In this document: piece after piece, positions 1 through 9,900 of the stretch
Numbering within the stretch: position 1 is the stretch's first letter
Layout of the letters: each line of letters begins with the position of its first letter
Source of the DNA: a virus
IMG/VR virus record: IMGVR_UViG_3300020456_000005
DNA: 64,000 nucleotides
Reading direction: 5' to 3' (one strand)
Position numbers and translations under genes: made by a program
Notes under the pieces: model-generated
The model's database searches: none
Seen by the model: only the letters and a program-made list of their open reading frames with translations
What the model was told of the DNA's origin: nothing

Positions 1-3000
1 GATGACATCCAGATGCTACATTTAGCTACGGATGGCACAAATGTATATTTTGTTGGAAATAGTTATCAGATTGTAAGTGGTGAAAATGTTTATGTTATTG
101 GAGCATATAATATTCAACAAGAGGATATTGGAACTATTGCTTGGGCAAGAACTATAAAGCGTACAACAACTGATACTTGCGTTATTGAAAAGTTGAAGTA
201 TAACGCAACGAGAAATGAATTAGATATTTCTGGATATTCTTATGAGACAAATCAAGAATTTAGAAATAAATCATTCTTCATGTCATTACCTGCAGATGGA
301 TCAGGAATTGGAAGTTATGGAAGTTATAGTTATGAATCCATTAGTTTAATTGTTGATGAACACGTTACGTCTTGGAATAGTGGTTCCCCACCAGCATTAG
401 GTGATTATGAAACTGAAGTAGAAGCAGGAGGTATACAATCAGATTCAACTAAAATTTCTGGTTGGGCTCTACATCCAGGTATTGGTCAAGATGCTTTATT
501 CCTTAAAAATACTGCGCGTAGTACTCCTACAGGAAGTAATTCTGGTTCTTGGAAATGTCCTCTTAATGTAAATTCAGTATCTGTTGTATGTGTAGGTGCT
601 GGTGGCATGGGTACTCAAGATAATAATGCAACTGGTGGCGGTGGCGCAGGCGGCGGTGGACTTGGATGGAAATCTAATATTTCAGTAACACCAGGTACAA
701 ATTATTTTTATTCAGTAGGTGAATTATCAGATCCTCAAGACGGTCAAGATGGTGAAGATTCTTGGTTTGATAACGATGGACTTGTAAAAGGTGGTGGAGG
801 TAAAGGTCAAAGTAGTGGAACTGCATATCAATGGCAAGACGGTGTAGAAGCTTCTGGATGGTCAGCAAGTGATCTTTCAGACTATATGTTTAATGGAAGA
901 ACAGATTTATATGCAAAAGCAGAAACTACAAATACAGATTACCTTGGATGGAGTACTGGATCTTCTCAAGGACAAGCAGAATTTACTACAGCAGGAACTT
1001 ATACATGGACTGCTCCTGAAGGAGTAACATCAGTTTCTGTTGTTTGTATTGGTGGTGGAGGACATGGATATGATCAGAATGAAGGGGGATCTGGAGGATC
1101 TAATGTTCCTGGCGGTGGCGGAGGATTAGGTTGGAAGAATAATATTACAGTAGTTCCTGGTCAAACATATACTGTTAAGGTTGGTGGTCAAAGTTTTGAT
1201 AATTTAGGAATTTTTGATGTTGTTGGTGGTCCCACTGGAAATGGTGGTGGTGATTCATATTTTAAAAACGTTTCAACTGTCTATGGTGGCGGCGGTGGCG
1301 TACTTAATTATAAAGGTGGTGGTTATGTAGGAGATGGTGGTGGTAATGGCGGTGGTGTAACTGCTGCTCAACCTGCTGGATTCTGGGGCGGCGGTGGCGC
1401 TGGTGGATATTCTGGAATTGGTGGTAGAGGTGGTTTTAGTAGTGATGGTGAAGATGGATCTGGAGGCGGCGGCGGAGGCGGCGGTGCTTCAGGATTCCCT
1501 GCTGCTGGTGGCGGTGGTGTAGGAATTTATGGTGAAGGATCTAATGGTGCAGGTGGTAGTGGACTTTCTGGTGGTGGCGGTGGTTCTGGTGGTAATGCTG
1601 GTACTGCTGGAACTGGTGGTAATGGTAATGACAGAGGTAATGGTGGACTCTACGGTGGTGGTGGAGGATGCGGAGGTTCAGGAACCCTCGGTGCTGGTGG
1701 CATTGGAGCAGGTGGTGCTGTAAGAATTATTTGGGGTCAAGGAAGAGCATTCCCAAATACATTAACTACCAATCAAACTACTACAACTGGATCTGGTCTT
1801 CCTGAAATGAGTAGTCCTTTAGATATCTACATTAGATATGCAGATACTGCAAATTATACGTATGAAGTAAATGGTTCATCTGTCAGTCCAACTGTAACTG
1901 GAGCAGGTGAATCTGGTGGTTGGGTTAATATTTCTTCTACGGGAGATGTTTCGCAATTTAGAGTTACAGCTCCTTCTTCTGCTGCTAATGTTCAAATTAG
2001 TGCTGTTAGATCTAATGGAGTAGTATTGACTTCATATGCTGGCACTATTGGTGGCGCTGGTGGAGATTATGTTGGAGATGGTGGAGGTAATGGCGGTGAC
2101 GGCGGATCTGGTGGACCATCATACGAAGGTGGCGGCGGTGGCGCTGGCGGATATTCAGGTGATGGTGGTAACGGTGGAAGTGGAGATGGAACAACTGGTC
2201 CTGCTGCTACTGGTTCTATTAGAAAAGGTGGTGACGGCACTGGAGGTTCTGGTGGTGGCGGAGGATATGGCGGAACCTATACTGGTGGTGGTGTAGGTAT
2301 TCTAGGTTCTGGGACCAGTGGTCTTGGCGGAGAGTATCTTGGAAATCCATTTGGATCTGGAACTGCTGGATCGGATGGATTAGGTGTTGAATATGGAGGA
2401 GGTAGTTCTGGAGCTACTAGTCCTGGATTAGGAACTAGTGGACAGGGTGGTCATGGAGCTATAAGAATTATTTGGGGTGATGGAAGAACATATCCATCCA
2501 CCAATACAAACAATCATGATTCAATAGGTACTCCACCGCCTCAACCAGATAATTGGATGTTGTTCGTTGGAGATAATTATACAACCGATGCTTCTCCAGC
2601 AAATCCTGGATATTTCTATGGAAGTGCTAGTTATATGGCCATGGATATGGATAATCAAAATAATTATCTATTAGGTGGAATTAGGTACGTAGATGCTGGA
2701 GTTTCAAATACAATATTCATTACTAAAGTTAATAGATATGGAAATTTAGTATGGGAAAGATCTCTTACTGGTACTCGTACAGGTGCTACAAATACCAGAA
2801 CTTATATTGAAGATATTAAAGTAGACATTAATGATAATATCTACGTTACTGGTTCAATTGTTACTGATGGTGCTTTGAATGGATTTTTAGAAAAATTAAA
2901 TTCTGACGGTAACACCCAATGGCAAAATCATTGGGCATATCCAAATACAAGTTACACAAATACTGGACATTCAATCCAATTTAATGATAGTAGTGCAGAT

Positions 3001-3966
3001 GATAGCGGAAACCCTGTTGTATTTGGAACATATAATTATACAAGACCATATGAAAATGGTGGTCACTTACAACATGGTATTTGTTACACCTTTGATGCAG
3101 GTACTGGTGCAAGACAGACAGATAGAATGTTTAGTGGTAGTTCTGGTGGATTAGGATCTTGCTATTTCTATGACTCTATAAAATTATCAAATCACTTCTT
3201 CATTCGTATGGCTGGATATTACACGGGAAGTCCATATGTTGGTGGAAGTCATCAGTCTGCAATTATTAAAACTAATTTGGCTTGCGATTCTTTAGTAGCA
3301 ATTCAAAATACATATCTTGGACAGAACACTAATGTATACACTTACGAAGGTATTCAAACTGATGGATCGGATGTCATAGTTGCAACAAGATTAATTGATG
3401 GTACTTCAAACCCAGAAGGTCATTTCCATAAATTTAATACAGATTTGACATGGCAACTTGGATGGAAGTTAACTAATGCGGCAGCTACAGTTCGTGGAAG
3501 TTACAATCGTAATTGGTGTGTTGATGGAAACTTTGTTTATGCAGCAATTTCAACCAATGATGAAACAATACACTTCGTTAAATTCAACATGACTGATGGT
3601 ACTATAGTATGGCAGAATAAGATGGTTGGTGATGTCAATAACAAACTTTCTAGTTCAGAATATAATGAAGGTTATTTACAGAAGGATGCACAGGGTTACT
3701 TGGTGTATCTAAACACAACCAATAAAACTCAACTTTATGCTAATGCTCATATTCTAATATCCTTCCGTTTAGCAGAAGATGGTAGTGGAACTGGAACATT
3801 TGGAAATTATACTTATTCTACATCAACCGATATATCTTTAACTTCTACAACTGCACCAACAGGATCTAACCCAGCAGTAGCTGCTGGAGCTGCTGCTCCT
3901 ACAGATTATGGTAATCCAAATGTAACGGTGGTAGATCCAAATATTCCTCAACTAAGAACTTCCTAA
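1..3966 (+). CDS. Large Gly-rich tail fibre/virion adhesin-like protein with beta-propeller-like terminal domains (5'-truncated; frame open to window start)
   Basis: Frame 1 is open from position 1. Two gp38-adhesin-like Gly-rich domains (VSVVCxGxGG...GGGGLGWKxNIxVxPG...GAxRIIWGxGR); N- and C-terminal domains share a DGSG(I/T)GxxGxYxY motif. Confidence 0.75.
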   Translation, partial: DDIQMLHLATDGTNVYFVGNSYQIVSGENVYVIGAYNIQQEDIGTIAWARTIKRTTTDTCVIEKLKYNATRNELDISGYSYETNQEFRNKSFFMSLPADGSGIGSYGSYSYESISLIVDEHVTSWNSGSPPALGDYETEVEAGGIQSDSTKISGWALHPGIGQDALFLKNTARSTPTGSNSGSWKCPLNVNSVSVVCVGAGGMGTQDNNATGGGGAGGGGLGWKSNISVTPGTNYFYSVGELSDPQDGQDGEDSWFDNDGLVKGGGGKGQSSGTAYQWQDGVEASGWSASDLSDYMFNGRTDLYAKAETTNTDYLGWSTGSSQGQAEFTTAGTYTWTAPEGVTSVSVVCIGGGGHGYDQNEGGSGGSNVPGGGGGLGWKNNITVVPGQTYTVKVGGQSFDNLGIFDVVGGPTGNGGGDSYFKNVSTVYGGGGGVLNYKGGGYVGDGGGNGGGVTAAQPAGFWGGGGAGGYSGIGGRGGFSSDGEDGSGGGGGGGGASGFPAAGGGGVGIYGEGSNGAGGSGLSGGGGGSGGNAGTAGTGGNGNDRGNGGLYGGGGGCGGSGTLGAGGIGAGGAVRIIWGQGRAFPNTLTTNQTTTTGSGLPEMSSPLDIYIRYADTANYTYEVNGSSVSPTVTGAGESGGWVNISSTGDVSQFRVTAPSSAANVQISAVRSNGVVLTSYAGTIGGAGGDYVGDGGGNGGDGGSGGPSYEGGGGGAGGYSGDGGNGGSGDGTTGPAATGSIRKGGDGTGGSGGGGGYGGTYTGGGVGILGSGTSGLGGEYLGNPFGSGTAGSDGLGVEYGGGSSGATSPGLGTSGQGGHGAIRIIWGDGRTYPSTNTNNHDSIGTPPPQPDNWMLFVGDNYTTDASPANPGYFYGSASYMAMDMDNQNNYLLGGIRYVDAGVSNTIFITKVNRYGNLVWERSLTGTRTGATNTRTYIEDIKVDINDNIYVTGSIVTDGALNGFLEKLNSDGNTQWQNHWAYPNTSYTNTGHSIQFNDSSADDSGNPVVFGTYNYTRPYENGGHLQHGICYTFDAGTGARQTDRMFSGSSGGLGSCYFYDSIKLSNHFFIRMAGYYTGSPYVGGSHQSAIIKTNLACDSLVAIQNTYLGQNTNVYTYEGIQTDGSDVIVATRLIDGTSNPEGHFHKFNTDLTWQLGWKLTNAAATVRGSYNRNWCVDGNFVYAAISTNDETIHFVKFNMTDGTIVWQNKMVGDVNNKLSSSEYNEGYLQKDAQGYLVYLNTTNKTQLYANAHILISFRLAEDGSGTGTFGNYTYSTSTDISLTSTTAPTGSNPAVAAGAAAPTDYGNPNVTVVDPNIPQLRTS

Positions 3967-4139
3967 TGTTAATACCAGTCCCAGATGAAATTTTAAAAAA
4001 AGTAGATGAGATATGTGCTGAACATCAGTACAAACCTGGATTAATTGATGGATTTCATGCTGCAGAAATTTATGCTGCTAATCCAGATTTTGATACCTGC
4101 GTTGCTTTGTTAGTAGAAGAAGCAAAACTAGCTGAATAA
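3966..4139 (+). CDS. Hypothetical 57-aa protein (MLIPVPDEILKKVDEICAEH...), not in ORF track
   Basis: ATG overlaps the upstream TAA (TAATG); translated by hand. Confidence 0.6.
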   Translation: MLIPVPDEILKKVDEICAEHQYKPGLIDGFHAAEIYAANPDFDTCVALLVEEAKLAE

Positions 4140-4166
4140 ATAATATTATAATTATGTTTAATCATT

Positions 4167-4337
4167 ATGGATCCCGCTACTCTTAAGTCTGAATTTGAAG
4201 GTCAGCTCAAAGATGCAGAAGCAAAGATTGCTGCAGCAGAAGAGCAACTTACTAAATTGAAAGAATATAAAACTAAACTAGTTGGTGGTTTAGAGACTTT
4301 AGATCTACTTTCAAAAGAAGAACCAAAAGAAGAATGA
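4167..4337 (+). CDS. Hypothetical 56-aa coiled-coil protein (MDPATLKSEFEGQLKDAEAK...), not in ORF track
   Basis: Follows late-promoter-like AATAAATA at about 4135; heptad-like composition. Confidence 0.65.
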   Translation: MDPATLKSEFEGQLKDAEAKIAAAEEQLTKLKEYKTKLVGGLETLDLLSKEEPKEE

Positions 4338-4344
4338 TTCCATC

Positions 4345-4680
4345 ATGGCAGCAATCCCACTAAATCTATTACTGGAAAAAGGAACGGACTTTGATGCCAC
4401 CTTTAATATCCAGAATGAAGATAACACAACTCCTCTTAACCTGACTGGTTATACAGCAGAAGCTAAGATGCGTCGTAGTTATTATTCTTCAGCTGCAACA
4501 GATTTTACTGTTGGGTTTGTTGATCGTTATAATGGAATATTAAAGATCTCAATGACTAATAACACAACTTCTGGATTAGATCCAAGACGTTATGTTTATG
4601 ATATTGTTTTAACATCTCCACAAGGAATTAAAACTAGAGTTATTGAAGGTATTTTGGAAGTAACACCTGGAGTGGTATAA
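4345..4680 (+). CDS. Virion structural protein (small beta-sandwich, conserved in cyanomyoviruses)
   Basis: LEKGTDF...LNLTGYT..A.MRRSY...YVYDIVLT...TRVIEG..EVTPGV pattern. Confidence 0.7.
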   Translation: MAAIPLNLLLEKGTDFDATFNIQNEDNTTPLNLTGYTAEAKMRRSYYSSAATDFTVGFVDRYNGILKISMTNNTTSGLDPRRYVYDIVLTSPQGIKTRVIEGILEVTPGVV

Positions 4681-5405
4681 TGCCAAATTATAACGTCTCA
4701 GTTAAATCATCAAATTATAACGTACTTTCTGATCCTCAGAAAAAATATAATGTAGGTGTTAACTATGAGATTCCCAGTAAGTACTTACAATATGGTAATG
4801 AAATTCTCAATACTACTAACTGGGTATTTGACGGTACGACAACTGGTTATCCTTTAATTGATCAATCAGGAGATCCATACACTCCTATTAATGACCAACA
4901 ACTTATTGTTGCTATTAATGGGTTGGTTCAAGTTCCTGGCATTGACTATACTACAAGTGGTACGGATATTGTTTTTGTAACAGCACCTAATTCAGGTGAC
5001 AATGTGTATGTTGTTGGTCTTTCAACAACAGCTGATTTAACTAGAACAATTAATTTTGTTATTGATGCTGGATCTGCTCCAATGTCTTCTGGAATTAAAG
5101 GAGAGATGACATTAGATGTTACAGGAGAGATACAGTCTTGGACTATCATTGGTGATCAAGATGGTCAGATTCAACTTGATATTGGAAAGGTTGACTATGC
5201 AAACTTTCCAAATTTTGCATCTATATGCGGCACTGAAAGACCGCAGTTAGGAGATATTACAACTAATTCTCTACAAAGAAAGAACACAAATACGACAATT
5301 TCATCTTGGAACAAAGCATTAAATGCTGGAGACCTACTACAGTTTGAAGTTGTCTATGCTATAAATATACAGAGGTGTATGGTTTCCTTGAAACTGGCAC
5401 TCTAA
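4680..5405 (+). CDS. Baseplate/tail-associated structural protein
   Basis: LIVAINGLVQVPGIDYT...IVF..AP repeat unit typical of cyanophage baseplate proteins; coupled to the upstream gene. Confidence 0.65.
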   Translation: MPNYNVSVKSSNYNVLSDPQKKYNVGVNYEIPSKYLQYGNEILNTTNWVFDGTTTGYPLIDQSGDPYTPINDQQLIVAINGLVQVPGIDYTTSGTDIVFVTAPNSGDNVYVVGLSTTADLTRTINFVIDAGSAPMSSGIKGEMTLDVTGEIQSWTIIGDQDGQIQLDIGKVDYANFPNFASICGTERPQLGDITTNSLQRKNTNTTISSWNKALNAGDLLQFEVVYAINIQRCMVSLKLAL

Positions 5406-5411
5406 GCTTTG

Positions 5412-5419
5412 TATAAATA
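5412..5419 (+). promoter_or_regulatory. T4-type late promoter TATAAATA
   Basis: Exact gp55 consensus about 40 nt before the 5460 ATG; a second copy lies at 5360-5367. Confidence 0.8.
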
Positions 5420-5459
5420 ACAATATCATAGGTAAGAAACTCATAAGGAGATCGTTTAG

Positions 5460-6872
5460 ATGGCACTTCTAGTCACAGACCAGGGTGAAATTGATTCGCT
5501 ACGTACACTACTGAATGCGACTCATAAGATTCCCAGGAACTTAGTTCTAAAACTATACACCAGTAATACAACTCCTGCTGAATCGGACGTTCCATCGGCA
5601 GCGAATTATTACGAACCATATAACGCAAGTAATGCGTCTGGATATGGTACTGCACCTTCAACTGGTTATCCAGAAGTGAAGAATAATCGTACCGAAGAAG
5701 ATCAAGACTTTACTGAGCAGTATGGTATTTTACTTAACGGTAACCGTTGGGCAGTTAGCACTACAGTAAATGCTGTTGCTACTACAACGGCAACTGGAAC
5801 CGCTGGAACTTATGCAATTGCTGTTGCAGATGCATCCGACGTTAAAAAAGGAGACTATGCCGAAGGCGCTGGTATTCCTACAAATACTTATGTTGTAGAT
5901 ATTCAAGGAACTGACTTTGAATTGAGTCAGCAACTTTCTGCAGATATGAATACAACTGCAGTATCATTCGGTCGTGGTAGAACCACTGCTTCTTACCCTG
6001 AGCAAGTTTTCACATTCTCCTCCGCTGCTGGTAGCGTTTACGGATATTACCTATCTCGTGCAAACAATATGCCTGTAACTGTACAGGGTGTTGTTGATGG
6101 TGGATCAGTTGCTGCTGGTGCTCAAATCACTAAGTCTGGTTGTAAAGGTGTTATCGGTAATAACTACATCAACCTTCTTGATGTTGATGTAACTCCAAGC
6201 ATTACTTCAGGTGTTTCTGGAACATACGAAATTGCAGTTGACTCTGCAACTAACGTTGCAATTGGTCAAAGAGTTTCTGGTACTGGTATTGCACCACAGA
6301 CTCGTGTTGTTGGTATCTCTGGAACAAACATCTATCTAGATAAAGCACTTACTGGTGCTGCTTCTGGTACTGCAACTTTCAAAGTTAATGTTGCTGAGAA
6401 TCTAACTGTTGGAATGACAGTTTCTCAGACTGCATCTCCAAATGGTATTGCAGCATCTACAACTATTGTTGGTATTGACTTTGAAACTAAGACTGGTGAA
6501 ATCGGTCCTCGTGTATATCTAAGCGAACTACTAGTTGACAACATTCAGGTATCTAACGGTAACGACGCAGTTCTATTTGACTTCTCTATCGTTACTTCAG
6601 ATCCAGGCGGTTCTGCTGTTGATCACAACCTAAATCCTGGTGATGTCATCTACATCGCACAAGGTACTAGCAGCTCTATTCCTGCTGCACACTACACCGT
6701 ATTTGAGACTCCAACGTCTTCAACCTTCACCACAACTCCTGCTCTACAGGGCACTGGTGATGCAACTCTCTATAGCAGCATCTTCTTTGCTGAGAGATTT
6801 ACGAATGGTCCATACGCTATTCAAAACAACGGTGACCAAATCAAAGTTACTCTAAATGTCAGCCTAGACTGA
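5460..6872 (+). CDS. Virion structural protein
   Basis: 470-aa ORF with repeated V.G.GI..T.VV.I modules; late promoter and AAGGAG SD upstream. Confidence 0.7.
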   Translation: MALLVTDQGEIDSLRTLLNATHKIPRNLVLKLYTSNTTPAESDVPSAANYYEPYNASNASGYGTAPSTGYPEVKNNRTEEDQDFTEQYGILLNGNRWAVSTTVNAVATTTATGTAGTYAIAVADASDVKKGDYAEGAGIPTNTYVVDIQGTDFELSQQLSADMNTTAVSFGRGRTTASYPEQVFTFSSAAGSVYGYYLSRANNMPVTVQGVVDGGSVAAGAQITKSGCKGVIGNNYINLLDVDVTPSITSGVSGTYEIAVDSATNVAIGQRVSGTGIAPQTRVVGISGTNIYLDKALTGAASGTATFKVNVAENLTVGMTVSQTASPNGIAASTTIVGIDFETKTGEIGPRVYLSELLVDNIQVSNGNDAVLFDFSIVTSDPGGSAVDHNLNPGDVIYIAQGTSSSIPAAHYTVFETPTSSTFTTTPALQGTGDATLYSSIFFAERFTNGPYAIQNNGDQIKVTLNVSLD

Positions 6873-6911
6873 CCCTATATACTAAAGACCCAATCTTTAG
6901 TTATCTTTTTG

Positions 6912-6941
6912 TGGGGGTTGCAATTTGCAATCCCCATTTTT
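6912..6941 (+). terminator. Rho-independent terminator
   Basis: GGGGGTTGCA-ATT-TGCAATCCCC hairpin followed by ATTTTT. Confidence 0.75.
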
Positions 6942-6952
6942 AATGCTGCGTT

Positions 6953-9900
6953 ATGGCCGTTTATTCCTATAGTACAACAGGAATATTTCCATCAATCATT
7001 CGTTTTAACACGAATGTTGGATTAGGCAGCTTTTCTTATGTTTATGAACCAAGTATTATAGATCTCTATTCAGAGATAGACTATGGTACGTTATCATTTA
7101 ATCCAACTCCAGTAACTACAACCGAAACTGTTGATGTTGATAGTTTAAATGCTACTTTATCAAATACTGTCCTGTCGGATACTGGAACAGGAACAGGAAC
7201 TACTGGTGGATTTAATATTGGTAGACATATTAGATTTAACAGCACAAATTCCCCTAGAACGGTAGAGTTCAGTTTACCAAACGATATCAATTCTTCACTA
7301 ACCTTTGAAGTAATTAGAGGTAATGATACTAACGGTGGAGAAGATCCAGATACTGGAACAGAAAGTTTAAACCTAGAGTATTATGATGGAAGTTCGTGGA
7401 TTTCTATTGATATTGTAGTAGAATACAATGATGCTTCATTCAATACTTTAAAATCTGTAGAGATAACAATTCCTTCTGTAGCGAGAACAGCGGGAACACA
7501 ATTCAGGTTAATTCAACCAGCTCATAGTGGTAACAACTGGGATCATTATGGTTTCAAGTCTCTTACATATACTTACACATATACACCAACACTATCAACA
7601 ATAAATCTTGGTAGTATTACAGATCTCAACGCTACGATAGAAGATCGCGGTAGAGTTGTTTATGTAACTAATGTAGAATCCTTCGGATTTGTTAAGGTTG
7701 TTAGCGAAGCGTCTTGGAAGGCGACTAACACATACGAAGGTACAGGTATTGCGTTTACCTTTGGTAGACAGACTTCACCAGCAGTATACGGTTATATCGT
7801 TGACGGAAAAGTCAAAGGTCTTGGCGGTACAAGTCTGGGGGTATTTTCTGGCAAGCACGATGGTGCGGGAACTACCTCCATACTTGGACAATCGCCTATC
7901 GGTATTGGTGTTGGTATCTTTGGTTCAGGTAATCTATTTACGATTGCAAGTGCAGACGATGCATTCTTGCCAACATGGACCAGTCGCGGATATATTAGTA
8001 AGATTACAGGTGCTGCAAGAGATATTACTCTTGTACACGAAACAGGATTTGGAAATCTATTCACCTTCTCTGGCGGACAGCAACGCGCTACAAATGCGTT
8101 CGCTGGATCAGGTGGACTCAAACTAGTTAGTAGAAAACCAGAACTTTCAGAACTTTCTGATGAGAAACATACTGAAAGATATATCAATGACAGTATTGTT
8201 GAATTCTCCAAGGCTGATTATGGTTATCTAACCATATGTCATCCAAGTGATATTGAAGATGTATCAGGAACATTAGATGGTGAATCTTCTGGATGTATTG
8301 TACGTGTAGGATCAACTGCGAGTGTTGATCTTGGAACAACTTATAGTGTATCTCAAGGTGCTAATTCTCCTAGCAACTTTATTGATTACGGTCTGGTCTC
8401 AGAACCTGCAGCTCCTCAGATAGACTTCGGTCATATCTTAACGACAAGCAATCTTATTCCATTCGGATTATTCACGTTTGATCCACATAATGGTGCAGCA
8501 TATGCATTCAATCCAACGTGGACCAGTCGTGGATATATCAGTAAGCTTACTGGTGAAGCAAGTGTTCCTCTGGATGTATCCGTATTTGGTACAGGAACCA
8601 TCAGGAAACTTGGTGGAGACTCCATCACCAACTTCGCACTGCTGCAACCAGGAGATGGTCTATTTGGATTCCACAGTGAATCTCAGATTGGAATCGGTGT
8701 TGGTATCTTTGGTGATGGATCTATTCCAACTCTCAGTGGTGCTGCAGATTCTGTTACCTATAACCCAGAAGAAAAAGATCTCCTATTCTCTTTCAATGGA
8801 GAAGCAACATCTGCATTCAATCCTAATTGGGTTGGTAGTGGTGTTCTATTCACACTTCAGTCTGCAGTTGAAAGAACTGTATATGACTATGTTGGATCTG
8901 GAAGAATCTTCGGATTTAATAATCTTGAAGAGAAGAAAGTATACGATTACAACTGCAGTTCTATCGTTCCTTTCCCAGAAAACGATTATGGATTCATCAT
9001 CAATACATCAGCAATTACATGTGTTGATGTTGATGGTGTCATTTCATCTAATGAGACACCAACTTCTGGATGTATTAAGGTACTCAATTCATTAACAATT
9101 GATCAAGGTGTTACTTATTCAGTAAGACCTCAGAATACTATTGCAGCAAATACTATAGATTATGGATTAGTACCAGAGAATGCATCTCCTCTTGCAGACT
9201 TTGGACATATTCTTGGTACTCCACGTCTTGGATTACCAGGATGTATTTACGGTCAGATTGATGTATTTGGTGAAGCTCAAGTTGCATTCACACCAAATTA
9301 TATCACTCGTGGATTTATTCATCTCAGTGGAGAAGGAAGAGTTCCATTATTTGCAAGTGAAATTGGTGGTGGTACTATCAAAATTGGAGGAGAAAGTAAG
9401 ACTAACTTCAGTCTTCTCTCTCCTGGTGATGGTCTATTCAGACTTGTTAGTGATATCACTGTTGGTATTACAATTGGTATTAAAGGATCTGGAAATCTAT
9501 TTGCATACTCTGGCGGTGCAGAGTCTACTACTTCAGTTCCTCCAACCGAAGAACCAATCTTCACATTCGTTGGTACATCTGGAGATCCAGGAATTCGTCT
9601 TGCACATGAAGGATCTGGTTCTCTATTCGCAATTAGCGGTGGAGATCTTAGAGTTCAGTATGCATACGAGACTACTGGATCTATTAGTCTCTGTTCCAAG
9701 AAACCAGAACTTAGTGAGCTATCGGAAGAGAAGCATACTGAAGTCTACAGTATGGATCTCTGCATTGATCAACCAGAACTTGATTATGGCAGAATTGTTG
9801 ATCTTAGTGCAACTGTTGTTTGTGTTGATGTTGACGGAAATATCAGCACAAGTACTTCAGCAGGAACTGGATGTACAAGAGTTACACAAGGATCAACCTT

